In this document: piece after piece, positions 13,735-25,971 of the stretch | How positions within the stretch are numbered: the stretch's first letter is position 1 | Layout: each line of letters opens with the position of its first letter | DNA from: Chiloscyllium plagiosum | Taxonomy: Eukaryota | Direction of reading: 5' to 3' | NCBI RefSeq assembly: GCF_004010195.1 | Contig: NC_057718.1 | Coordinates: forward strand, 42,918,523 to 42,973,276 | Length of the DNA stretch: 54,754 nt | Position numbers and translations under genes: made by a program | Notes under the pieces: model-generated | What the model saw: only the letters and a program-made list of their open reading frames with translations | The model's database searches: none | What the model was told of the DNA's origin: nothing

Positions 13735-14070
13735 ATATGAAGAATTAACAACAGTAAGCCACTGGAGCCTTCAAACCTGCTCTGCCATTCAAACAATTAT
13801 GGCTGGTCTGATGTTAACCACAATTTTATGTTCTTGCATACCCATGATAAACTTTCATCCCCTTGGTAATCAAGAACCTACCTCTGCCTTAAAAAATACT
13901 CCAAGATTCTGCATTCGCTATCTTTTGAGAAAGGAACTCCAAAAAATCACAACCATTTGAGAAATGTTTCTCCCCCATCTCTCTCTTTAATGGGTAACAC
14001 TTTATTTTTGAACCAAAAGCCCTAGTTCCTGACTCTCTCACAATAGTAAACATTCTTTGTACATCCATGA
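13735..14070 (-). mobile_element. CR1 LINE 3' fragment
   Basis: Typical reversed CR1 tail (CCTTCAAACCTGCTCTGCCATTCAA...GGCTG). ORF 13889-14128 contains a GESRTRGH-like motif (RESGTRAF). Confidence 0.7.
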
Positions 14071-14620
14071 GGCAGGTAAGAGTCATTGAGTGAAGGTGCT
14101 GCATGCAGTAATGAGAGTGGGAGACCATTAGCTTTGTTGGGAGGTATTTGCAATAGCAGAGTTAGAGTGGAAGTAAAATAACAGAGAAACAATAGTGGAC
14201 ACTTGCCCTTGTTGATAGAAGGAGATAATTGATCTTCTTTCTACATTGCTGGATGTATTTTTTTCTCAATGAGGACACTGCGCTGACTCACATGCTTACT
14301 TCTTTTCAGGCTGGTAGCATCTGGTGTCCTTTCTTCCCTTGTCATTTGGAAGAAAAAAGGCAGCCCTCCTCTCGCCAAACCCCTTCCTCCATGTGCGGAT
14401 GCCAACTTCCCTTTCTTAGTAATTTCCTTGAGAATAGGGGCCAAGTAGCAGATTTTGATTGGCAGTTCCAGGCTTGCAGCATTTGAGCTGAGCACAGCTG
14501 AGGGTTAAATATGGTGCTTGTGGCATCAATGTTGTTGGTTTTTTATTGACTTATTGTTGTCACTTGTACTGAGATACAGTGAAAAGTGTTGTTTTGCATG
14601 CTAAACAGGGTATACAGTGC

Positions 14621-14837
14621 TTATATCAGAGTGATGCTAGAAAAGCACAGTAGGTCAGGCAGCATCCGAGGAGCAGAAAAATCGACGTTTCGAGCCAAAG
14701 CCGTTCATCAGGAAGGGCTTTTACCCAAAACATCGATTTTCCTGCTCCTCGGACGCTGTCTGATCTGCTGTGCTTTTCCAGCACCACTCTGATCTAAACT
14801 CTGGTTTCCAGCATCTGCAGTCCTCACTTTTGCCTAA
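14621..14837. mobile_element. Penelope-like palindromic short element inserted in the Rex1 3' end
   Basis: Imperfect inverted arms (AAAAGCACAG...AATCGACGTTTCG / CATCGATTTTCCTGCTCCTCGG...GCTTTTCCAGCA). 12-bp direct repeat GGTATACAGTGC at 14609-14620 and 14838-14849. Confidence 0.8.
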
Positions 14838-15247
14838 GGTATACAGTGCATCAGGGTAGTAGAACAGAGTGCAGAATACAGTATTATTCTGAAGAGAAGG
14901 TGCAGACAGGGAAATCAGAATTAACATTTGAGAGATTTGTTCAAATGTCTGATAACAATGGGGAAGAAGCTGTTCTTGAATCTGGTTGTATGTGTATTCA
15001 AACTTTTATATCTTCTGCCCGACAGAAGAGAGTATAACAGGGATAGGAAGGATCTTTGATGATGTTGGTTGCTATCCCAAGGCAGCAGGAAGTATAGATA
15101 GATTCAGTGGATGGAAGGCTGGTTATTGTGATGGACCGGGCTGTGTTCATGATTCTCTGTTGGTCTTGGGAAGAGCAATTGCCAAACCACCTTGAGATGC
15201 ATCCAGACAGTGTACTGTCTATGGTACATTTATAAAAATTGTTAAGA

Positions 15248-15690
15248 AGTATGCATATTTCATAGTGATTCACTACCATTACATACCTGAACTAGACTGA
15301 TGGACAATTATATAGAATAGAAAACAAAAGAAGTCTGAATATTCATAATAAGAATTTCTGACTTTTAATCTGTAAGTGTAACAAAACTAGACTGAATCTT
15401 GCCCTACCTTGGTTTGGTTTTTGGGGAGTCTTATGAAGAGTTTCTCTCTATGAGACCTGATGACTTTTCTCATGCAATCTTCCACTACTCACCACATTAG
15501 TTATCCACCTGGACTCCATGGTTTTCGGCTAATTGAATCTGCTGTCATGGAGGCAGAATTAATATCTGGATAATAAGGATACCAATGTCAAGCTCCTACT
15601 TATTGACTACATATTACCTTCATCACCATCATTCCAAAAAAACTCATCTCTAAACTCCGAGGCCTAGGTCTTGGCTCCTCTCTCTGTAAC
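15248..15690. repeat. Inverted duplication, left (derived) arm; reverse complement of 16196-16638
   Basis: Base-by-base comparison gives 443 bp with 7 mismatches; 15331-15638 is identical to the reverse complement of 16248-16555. Confidence 0.97.
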
Positions 15691-16195
15691 ATGCCAAATT
15701 TCCTTAGTCTCCTGAGGAAGTAGAGACATTATTGTTCTTTCTTCACTGTCATGTTGACATGACTACACCAGGACAGATTGTTGATGGCCATAACTCCCAG
15801 GAACGTGATGCTCTCAACCACCTCTACCCCAGCATTATTGATGCAGACAGGGGTCTGCCCTCCACTCCGCTTCCTGAAGTCAATGACCAATTCTTGGTTT
15901 TGGTGACATTGATGGGGAGGTTGTTGTCTTTTTACCATGCCACTAAGTACTCAGTCTCTTTCCTGTATTCTGTCTTGTTGCTGTTTGAGATCCAACCTAT
16001 GACTGTGGTATTGTCAGCAAGGTTGTAAATGGAGTTGGGATAGAATTTGGCCACACAGTCATGAGTGTGTAAGGACTGTAATAGGGGGCTGAGTATACAC
16101 TGTTGCGGGGCATCAGTGTTGAGGATTCTTGTGGAGGAGGTGTTGTTGCCTATTCTTGCTGATTGTGGTCTATGGGTCAGAAAGTCAAAGATCCA

Positions 16196-16638
16196 GTTAC
16201 AGAGAGAGGAGCCAAGACCTAGGTCTCGGAGTTTAGAGACCAGTTTATTTGGAATGATGGTGATGAAGGTAATATGTAGTCAATAAGTAGGAGCTTGACA
16301 TTGGTATCCTTATTATCCAGATATTAATTCTGCCTCCATGACAGCAGATTCAATTAGCCGAAAACCATGGAGTCCAGGTGGATAACTAATGTGGTGAGTA
16401 GTGGAAGATTGCATGAGAAAAGTCATCAGGTCTCATAGAGAGAAACTCTTCATAAGACTCCCCAAAAACCAAACCAAGGTAGGGCAAGATTCAGTCTAGT
16501 TTTGTTACACTTACAGATTAAAAGTCAGAAATTCTTATTATGAATATTCAGACTTATTTTGTTTTCTATTCTATATAATTGTCCATCAGTCTAGTTCAGG
16601 TATGTAATGGTGGTGAATCACTATGAAATGTGCATACT
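16196..16638. repeat. Inverted duplication, right (source) arm
   Basis: Contiguous with the Rex1 sequence in the 505-bp spacer. Includes the Rex1 5' truncation point (~16322) and ~315 bp of flanking non-LINE DNA. Confidence 0.97.
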
Positions 16639-19136
16639 GCTAAATAGCACTTCTCATTTACAATCACTGAATTCAGCATATTAATAGGTACTAAAACACA
16701 ACCAATCTTCTTTGCAGTCTTACAGTACCTCAATATTGGAGACAGGTAAATTGATGTGTTTTCATTGGTAGGCAAATGGGTCAGCATATTCAAACATTAT
16801 TTGGGAAGTCTGAACAATAAAGCCTCAGCTGTCAACCAAATCATCATAGATTTGAGCCACAGGGATCCTTGTCAATCAAAATCACTTCCTACTGCTGGGA
16901 AGTATTCTTGTATTCAGCCAGGGTGCTAGGTGGAGTACCGTGCAATGAGTATGAAAAACTGACAGCTTTTGCAGGAAGTGTATCTCCTGTGGGCTGATCA
17001 TAAACACTTTCTTCATCAGAGAGAAGTTTATGCTTCAATCTTCCAGGAATTCTGTAGTGGTTACAATTAAATTGTGAGATGGTAAAAGAAGATAAACATC
17101 TATATTCTGCCAAAAGGAATGCTTGAGCACACTCAGACAGTTCCTCCTTCTTTTTCTCAGGCAACCTAGTTTAAGATTAACAAACACACCTTCTGGGGCA
17201 ATCCTAAATGGAAATGTCAGTTAAGATTGGGATCTAATCCAGGGATTCAGAGCTTTTGGTGTTATAGCCAGCAGAACCTTTCCTCCAAGATTCTACATTA
17301 CTGAAACAATTGCTAATTAAATGTTTCCAACTCCCTAATGTAAAACTCTTCTTTTTGCTAATGTGGTGAACTTAGTTCCATTGGCTATGCTATTATGTTA
17401 TTTTTCTTTCCTCCACCATGAGTATAAATGAGTTGAAGTACTGTAAGAAGGAATGGGGAAATGGGTCCCCTGTTATCATGCAAGCTATCAGTAGCAATAG
17501 ACCTCTGACTTTGTAATTTGTTCTTTATGGACTAGCCTGCAGCCAATGAGCAAAATCAATAGTCTTTGCTGAAAAAGTAAGCAAGCAGTAGTGTGTTATG
17601 TGACAGCTGAAGATACATGTGCTTACTCAGGGTCACAGGGCCACATCAAATTTCTGTGCGACTTTCTTTCAAAGCTAAATCCATTTACCAAGCGTTCGTC
17701 ATTTGAAAATGTTGCAATGGGGAATTAGACTAGCCCTGCTCTTCTTTCCACTTAACAATGTTTGTTTTCAGCAGACTGTTCAATAGTGTCACAAGCAGAA
17801 GAAAAACTATGTGATGAGAAAGTAAAATAGTTCTGTACGTTGTACAATTCCATTCAATAATGCAGAGCTTTTTTTCCACAGTACTTCACCAAGGCAAAAA
17901 AAAATGTCCATTTAAACTTTGTGAATTAGCCACACGTGTTCCACAAAGACTAAAGTCATTAGGTTTGTTAGAAATAGGTGCTAATTTGAAGGGGAGAAAC
18001 CAACAATAATCTCTTTTTTAGAAATTTGTTAGAATTAGTGAAAAAACTACTTTGTATATCAGAAAGTTTCATGAATATATCCTGCAAATAAAAATTAGTA
18101 CTTTTTAAACTTTCTTAAAACCTACATTTTCTTTACCAATTAGTGTCATTGTTTTAATCATTTTAGTGTAAGTTTTTAAAAAATAAATATTTATCTTGTA
18201 AATGTCAAGGTAATGCATTTGTTCAAGCAAATGGCAAAAGAACCGGAATCGCTGGAAATCTGGAATTATACAGCAACATCTGAAAAGACAAAGATTGATG
18301 TTCACGATGAACTAGCCTCTAATTAGGTGGAACAAATCATACTTAGCTCAGTGTGTATGTCAAACCTGTCTATAAATTGCTTAGAGTTTGCAATGTGAAA
18401 GACAGTACCCAAAATGTTTATCCATATTTTCTGTTTTCAGTTGTTTCTCTATCGTATAAACTAGCTTTACATTTTTGTCTTGTGTACATGTGAGATACTG
18501 TTGTGTGATTTTTAATTTTGACAGAAGAGAAGTGAAAAATCAACACCTACTCAGCTCACCCAGGTCCAAAGTCAGAAGGCCCAAATCATGTTCAAATCTG
18601 GATCTCATTTAAGTACTCCTGGTGATCTTCAGACATCAATCAGGAGCTCTGCACTATTGCTCACTACTTTCACCAATTTTCACATGCTAGGGCCAATTGA
18701 ATCTTGGGTGGAATGACCAAAATAACTAAAATCTTGCTTGTCCTAAGCAACCTCCCCAGCACTTTTATGACTGCTAATTAGGCTGCTCAATATTCTGGAG
18801 TGAATAATTAAGATGAATGCTCCATCCATTTATATCTTAATGTTGTAATTTTGAAAGGACTATAGGTACCCATAGACAGATTTAAATACCTCTGGCCTGT
18901 TTTGGATAGAACTGTTAGGTCCCCTAAAGGAATGCCTGAAAATTGAATCAGAAAATTAATAAATACGTGTCCCATCAGATTTTCCTCTGTCATGTTGTAC
19001 ATCTTTCAGATAATGAGCAGCTAAAAATTTTCCCAAGAAGGATTGAATACATATTTTTCCAGTCTTTGGATATAGATTGATTATATTGAACAGTGGAAAC
19101 CATTCGTACATCTGCAATTGATAATAATTTTTTAAT

Positions 19137-19486
19137 TGTAATGCTGATCTGGCAAATTTCTGATCTGCCGTTATTAATCATACATCAGTAGGTAATCTCG
19201 CCTGGGTTGTATTGATATCCCGAAATGGGGAATTGCGGTGTATCTGGGTGGAATCATCAGCCATGCCTTGTGGTGAGTTTGTTGGGCGGGCAATTGGTCA
19301 TTCAGGCAGGAAGTTGGGACTCTGCCATTTTCCCTCTCCACCCAGATTAGGTCTAATTCATCCTCATATAAAGGCTCACCCTGCATCTGTAGAATAAACC
19401 CACTTGCAATGTGAGGAGTGAGACAAACAAATCCTGCTCTGTGTATTTGCTGGCTTCAAAGAGGGACCTACTTGAGGGACCTACCA
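19137..19486 (+). mobile_element. Probable solo LTR (ERV or LTR retrotransposon)
   Basis: GC box GGGCGGG 19284-19290, ATTGG 19293-19297, TATAAA 19367-19372, AATAAA 19393-19398, duplicated GAGGGACCTAC, ends in CA at 19486. Left boundary and TSD unresolved. Confidence 0.4.
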
Positions 19487-19489
19487 TTT

Positions 19490-19578
19490 TGTGTGTGTGT
19501 GTGCGTGTGTGTGTGAGCGTGTGTGTGTGTGAGCATGTGTGTGTGTGTCTGTGTGTGAGTGTTTGTGTGTGTTTGTGT
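19490..19578. repeat. Imperfect (TG)n microsatellite
   Basis: Directly visible TG dinucleotide run with interruptions. Confidence 0.95.
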
Positions 19579-20008
19579 CGCCACTTTTGTTTTTGTTGCC
19601 AGCCCTATTCCTCATTACCCCCAACCCCTTGCTACTATCATTTTCTGGTTAGGACTCTCCTCCATCTAAAACCTCAGTTGAGTGCACAATCAGCAGCAGT
19701 CACTATCTTCCTAGTGACATTGCTGAGTAAATAATAGCTTCTGATCTCTGACTAGTCAACGTCTCATGGCAGGTGGGACTTGCTCACACTCAGGATATTT
19801 TATCCCAGGGACAATGATTGCCACTGCCCTGACACTGCCACACAAAATGTGGCAGCCTCCCCAAAAAGGTGATATGGAGCTGGCAGCGGCTGAGACCCCC
19901 ATCATCTCTCCAAGATTCCATCTTCTATCGATATTAATTAAATTGGGAAAAATGACTTTCTTATGTGTATTGACTTTGTGACTTTGACTAGTCTGCTTCA
20001 TATTCTGT

Positions 20009-20143
20009 CCTCTGAAGAAAAGTCATGACAGAATTGAAACATTAATTCTGCTTCACTGTCCACAGAAGTGCCAGACCTGCTGAGTTTCTCCAAAATTCTC
20101 TGTGTTTGCTTCAGATATCCAGCATCCACAGAATTTTGCTTTT
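20009..20143 (+). mobile_element. Old Penelope-like short element
   Basis: CTGAAGAAAAGTCATGACAGAATTGAAACATT (degenerate hammerhead boxes) followed by GCCAGACCTGCTGAGTTTCTCCA...CCAGCATCCACAG. Confidence 0.6.
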
Positions 20144-20229
20144 ATGCCTATAATGATTTGCTGATTAGCATCTCCTACCCTCCTTGAATATTCTTTCTAC
20201 TCTTTTTGGAACCCCTGACTTGGTGTGGG

Positions 20230-21280
20230 ACATGCAGCTCCATAAGCCTGTTCCACTCTACAGTTGGATCTTGGTAGATCTCCATTTCTACACTAGGTGT
20301 TGATCCACTTTGGCTCTATAATCTTGACTAGATTTCATAACAAAAGTAATCTAACAACCTTACTTTGAAAGTGTTCAACTGAGCAACACTTTGGTTGAAA
20401 GAATTCCAGTTTTCCACTATCATCTGTTTGATGGAATGAGCTGACATCACCACTGAATGGCCGAACCATTTCTTCTGGATTCTCCAATCTCTATCCTGTC
20501 AATTAAAGAAAACATTTGAGACAGGTCAGATAAACACCTCTCAATCTCCTATATGCAACAGAAATAATAGCTTATATACAAGCCTAGTCCTTGCATTCTT
20601 CCCTTCTATACCATTCTAGTGAATCTACCTCCATACCATTTTAGTGAATCTGCACTTTAACTCCCTCCAATTTAGCTTTCCTGATTAATGGTCTCCAGAA
20701 CTGAATACTGTATATTAGATTAAATTACCTACGGTATCGAAACAAGCCCTTTGGCTGAATAAGTCCACACTGACCATTCAAAGATAAGGCCTATATTTAC
20801 CCCTGACTAATGCACCTAATACTATGGGCAATTTTGCATAGCCAATTCACCTAACCTGCACACCTTTGGATTGTGGGAAGAAACCGGAGCACTCAGAGGA
20901 AACTCACGCAGGCACAGAGAGAATGCGCAGACAGTCACCCAAGCTGAGAATCAAACCCAGGTCCCTGGTGCTGTGAGACAACGGTGCTAACCACTGAGCC
21001 ACTGTGCCACCAGGACGGAGTCTGACCAAGGCTTTGTGGAACTGCAACATAAAACTTTCAAACATTGGTGTTCTAGCCCTCTTGAGATACAGGCCATATT
21101 TTCCCTTAGCTGTGTAAATTATTTTATGTCACTGTCCATGAGCTTTTAGTGTCCGTAAGCCTGTTAATCTCCTTGTTTCTAACAAAGTTATGAGCTTCTC
21201 ACCATTTAGACAACGCCATGACTAAGCTTACTTATGTTCAAGTTGAATGATTTCACACTTACAAATCACAGCATATCTGC
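20230..21280 (-). mobile_element. Old CR1 LINE 3' fragment interrupted by an HE1 SINE
   Basis: Reversed CR1 motifs (GAATTCCAGTTTTCCACTATC, CTAGTGAATCT, CTCCAGAACTGAATACTGTAT) resume after the SINE with GGAGTCTGACCAAGGCTTTGTGGAACTGCAACAT. Confidence 0.55.
20715..21010 (-). mobile_element. HE1-type V-SINE
   Basis: Same head (GTGGCACAGTGGCTCAGTGGTTAGCACC), V-domain and tail as the other copies. Confidence 0.9.
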
Positions 21281-24200
21281 ATAATTCAATGTTCCCTTCA
21301 GAAGTTTCCATAGCTTGCAAACTGTTTTGCCTTGGGTCCACTCTGATTCTGCGGCACTCTACTTTTTCCCAATGACTGCTATTCTCAGATATTCTTCTGC
21401 AAGTTACATCTCCCCCAACCAGCGGAGTCAGTTTAGAGTGACTGGTAACATCACCTAGCGATTAGAAATATGGTGCATCATATATCTGATATCAAACTAC
21501 TGAAGCAACCGTTCTTTTTGGAACACAAACAGAAATTGCTGGAAGTCTGTCAAAGCAGCAAACTCAAAGGACGACAGCAGAATTGCTTCAGGAAGACCCC
21601 AAACCATCTCCAGAAAAATCAAACATCCCTCCAATTCATCAGTTTGGAACCAATCAGAATAGAGAAGGTTTATTTGGGAAGGTACTAAAAATGTTAATAA
21701 ATTTCATTTCGATCATGCGGAAGTGATGTCAAAGACTTGTGGAGAGCACATAACCCTCCAAATAGCTCATCTGCCTAATCCTTCAAAAACCATCTCCCCC
21801 ATATACTACAGAACATGCAGATTGTTGTATATAAGCCACTCTGAACTCATCAAACTGGTGTGGCAGTAAGTCAATCCTCAGTCCTGAGAGGCTGCTAATA
21901 AGAAGACAAAGGAGGGTATGATTTTTATCATACATAACCTTCACTTTGTTCCCTGAATGTATTGCACTGTCGCATTGAGCAAAACTACTATTTTCTGTCC
22001 TTTGATGCACAATTTTCAAATTGCCAATTCTCAGTGTTGGAATTGACGTTTGATCATGCATTTCAACAGCAACATTATATACTGTGAAAGAAAACAAAAA
22101 ATATATTAGTGTCTCACAAATTTCCCTGTTAATTACTCAAATTTTCAATCAAAAGTTTGATTTCAGTATGTTAGTCCAAACTGATCTAGTCTAAGCCAGT
22201 GCCAATTTCTGGCTCACGTCCACAGTAATCCCCACTGATTATTAACAATTAAGACATCCAGCGCAGCAAGACGTAGCTGAAGGTATGCGGAATTATCTGG
22301 CTTTTGAAAAGAGTTCTCTCTTTACCCAACATCTTGCTATAACTTCAGCTCACTCGAAAGCTCCTGAAAATTTATTATACTGATATATGTAAATTGTAGA
22401 TCATTAGAAACTGTAAATGTAATATATTGCAGCTTTAGCATCATGACTATTCTTTATATGTCATTAAAGCTAGAGGGTGGCATGAATATTCATGACTGGG
22501 ACATGTGCTTTCTTGAATTCACTGTTCTTGTTAATATTACACCAGCTATGTCTAGTCATGTGCTTTTGTGTAAGAGGAATGTTGCCTGAGGCCTTCATAG
22601 TTTTTTTATTATCTCAAACCAATTTTGCACTGCTATTTAAATAAAATGCTTCAATAATTCCAGAATCTATAACTTAAGAAGTAAAATACTTTCCACTTTA
22701 TTTTACATAATTATTCCCCTGATTTATTGCAGTGACAGAAAGAGAATAATAAAATGTCAATTATTAGTAAATGCTGCTTTTTATTGTAAGATAGGGGTCC
22801 AGAAATTCAGTGGGCCGCAATCATGGACTCCTGCTTGCCAGTATACTTATGTGCTGACCCCATCAGAATAAGCAGATCCTGCAGGAAAGCGTTTATATTC
22901 TATAGGCACATATCTGAGCTTTGCCTCTTCTTGCAATTGAGATATCTGGTGACTGCCTCCAAAGAGAGAGGTTACTTAATGTTCCCCAGACCCAACTGAC
23001 CATTTTCCTGGCCTCCATCGAAAGAAAGTTGATTTATAAATACGTCAAAGATTTCTGGGATAATGATCATTCCTGCAGACTCATTTGTACCTAATTTGAG
23101 GTAGCTCTTCTCAGACAGCTGATTTCAGGCTGAGTATTGGATAGTGATTGAGATGGCATATGGATGTCCTGGTACTAGGATCAATTCCTTATTCTTCAGT
23201 CTCAGAAGGGACACAGCAGAAATTCTATCCTTTAAGAGGGTTGACTGGAAATTCCTCAGAAATAAGGCGGGAGTCTACTTGTTCACCAAAGGATATTCTA
23301 GGCTCTGCTTTACAGGTGGAAAGCCAAATTTTTGAAACATTTATACAGCGCATTTTTTAATGGAGATATGCATTTAACAGGTAATCCAGTTAAGTTGTGC
23401 GATTCCTATATCTGATGTGTTGGTGAGATTACAGTTGTATTTTGTCATTTGCTTACTTAACCTATTTTCCACCAGCCCACCCACGTAAATTAAGTAGAAG
23501 TTGGATTGTGATATGATTTACTTTCCTGATTATTCCCCACTTTTAGAAGTTAGTTTTAGTGGAAAAGAAAATAAACAGGTTACAAACAGACTGATTTTAA
23601 GAGAATTTTCTCTTCTCTATGATGGATTACATATCCAGGATGGGGAGAGCTCTTTGCAAGAATGGATGGGTGGTTTGAAAACAATAACAAATACTTGCTC
23701 AGGTTTCTCATTCTTTGATGCACAAATTGTATTATTTCACAGGCACAACTCAGTATTCTAAAATTATCACTGATTATACATATGAACATTATTTGCATTG
23801 CAAAGAAGTAGTTCTCGAGGAATTTTCTTTCAATATGAACGCCTAACTGCTTCTTGCTTTATATCCCTAAAAAGAGATTTTTGTCAATGACATTGAGATA
23901 TAACTTAATGCCCAAAAATGGTCCAGAGAGAAAAATTACATCAAGTTGGGAAATTATGTGTTTACGATCCTCCCGATCTGAATTTTCTCTTGGTATTTCA
24001 TCTGGACCATAGTTGGATGAATTTACAGTCAAGAATCTGTGTTGAACTTTGCTTTCAGTGAAAGAAAGCAAATTCCATTTCATCACCATAAGTAAGAATA
24101 TTGTTAAGGTCTGCTGTTTTTGTTTAGGGTATAGGAAATTTAGACCTTTCTCAAAAGGCTGTTCACATCAGGATAATTGTACTTTCAAAAATCGTAATTG

Positions 24201-24436
24201 ATAGATTTTCTTAGGCTAGGGCATTGAGGTCTACAAACTTAAGTAGAATTAATAGAATTAAGCTATAGATCAGACATGGTCCAACTGAATGACAAAACAG
24301 AATGGCGATCTCCTGTTCCAATATACTTATGATCCCATCTCATCATTAATAATAAAACTCACTTTGAGAATCAATGTGCTATTAATGGATGATAACTACA
24401 AAGCACTTAGTTCAATTGTAGCTAATTAGCATTTCT

Positions 24437-25527
24437 CATAGAGTCATTGAGTTATAGAGATGTACAGCATGGAAACAGATCCTTTCGTCCAACCGGTCCA
24501 CGTCAACCAGACATCCCAACCCAATCTAGTCCCACCTGCCAGCACCTGGCCCATATCCATTCAAACCCTTCCTATTCATATACTCATTCAGATGCCTTTT
24601 AAATGTTGCAATTGTACTATCCTCCACCACTTCCACTGGCAGCTCATTCCATACGCGTACCACCCTCTGAGTGAAAACGTTGCCCCTTAGGTCTCTTTTA
24701 TATCTTCCCCCCCTCACTCTAAACCTATGCCCTCTAGTTCTGGACTCCACCACTCCAGGGAAAAGACTTTGCCTATTTATCCTATCCTTGCCCCTCATGA
24801 TTTTATAAACCTCTATAAGGTCACCCCTCAGCCTCTGACGATCCAGGGAAAACAGGCCTCACCTGTTCAGCCTCTCCCTATAGTTCAAATCCTCTAACTC
24901 TGGCAACATCCTTGTAAATCACTTCTGAATCCTTTCAAGTTTTACAACATCTTTCTGATAGGAAGGAGACCAGAATTGCACGCAATATTCCAACTGTGGC
25001 CTAATCAATGTCCTGTACAGCCGCAACATGACCTCTCAACTCCTGTACTCAATACTCTGATCAATAAAAGAAAGCATACCAAACGCCTTCTTCACTATCC
25101 TATCAACCTGCGACTCCACTTTCAAGGAGCTATGAACCTGCATTCAAGGGTCTCTTTGTTCAGCAACACTGCCTAGGATCTTACCATTAAGTGTATAAGT
25201 CCTGCTAAGATTTGCTTTCCCAAAATGCAGCACCTCACATTTATCTGAATTAAACTCCATCTGCCACTTCTCAGCCCATTGGCCTTCTGATCAAGATCCC
25301 GTTGTAATCTGAGGTAACCTTCTTTGCTATCTACTACACCTCCAATTTTGGTGTCATCAACAAACTTACTAACTGTACCTCTTATGCCCACATCTAAATC
25401 ATTTATACAAATGATGAAAAGTAGAGGGCCCAGCACCGATCCGTGTGGCATTCCACTGGTCACAGGCCTCCAGTCTGAAAAACAACCCTCCACCACCACC
25501 CACTGTCTTCTATCTTTGAGCCAGTTA
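24437..25527 (-). mobile_element. CR1/HER1-type LINE, 5'-truncated (RT to 3' tail)
   Basis: ORFs [35 protein letters not shown]...[11 protein letters not shown] and ESRTRGHRFRVRG...FTQRVVRVWNELP; tail GTTTCCATGCTGTACATCTCTAT. Confidence 0.95.
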
Positions 25528-25584
25528 AGTTCAAATTAATTTATCAATGAAGAGCACAGTTATTCCTTTATCGGTAATGTGAAG

Positions 25585-25971
25585 GACTTGCATTTATATA
25601 GCACTTTTCATAACTTTGCTTTTGAGTCAAATGAGACATAAGCAAATATAGTCACCATATAGGAAATATAGCAGAGCAAGGTCCTGCAAATAATGATGAA
25701 GAACATCAGATCATGTTTTGGTGGTAAATAGTGGCCTTGATACTAGGGGAAATTCCTCTGAACTTCCTCAAAAGTAATGTTCAGGAATCTTTTACATCAT
25801 CCCATGAGCACAGACAGTTCAATGAAATATAGCACCCTAAAAATGTAACACCCTTTCAGTGTTTTACTGGAATGTCAAACAGGAGGATGGTGTGTTCAAG
25901 TCTGTGAAATAGCTGTAAAATCAACAATCTTCTGAATCAGAGGTGACGGTGTAAACTCTGATCTACAGCTA
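25585..25971 (-). mobile_element. Ancient Deu-domain SINE (SacSINE1/AmnSINE-like)
   Basis: Reversed tail CTTGCATTTATATAGCACTTTT, Deu-like core (GGAATCTTTTACATC...CAGTGTTTTACTGGAATGTCA), and tRNA-like head near 25930-25971. Confidence 0.55.

Larger units (their letters stand above)
14540..16322 (-). mobile_element. Rex1/Babar-clade LINE, 5'-truncated and decayed, interrupted by two insertions
   Basis: Minus translation across frameshifts: [58 protein letters not shown] (RT FADD box), ELVIDFRK, ITFLGV...NLSW. Confidence 0.85.

Noticed and set aside
19411..19734. Cys/Val-rich 107-aa ORF
   Set aside because: Translation of the (TG)n microsatellite.
21490..21690. Protein-like plus-strand frame (QTTEATVLFGTQTEIAGS...EGLFGK) ending at a GT
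   Set aside because: A stop lies immediately upstream, with no credible acceptor or start and no recognisable homology.
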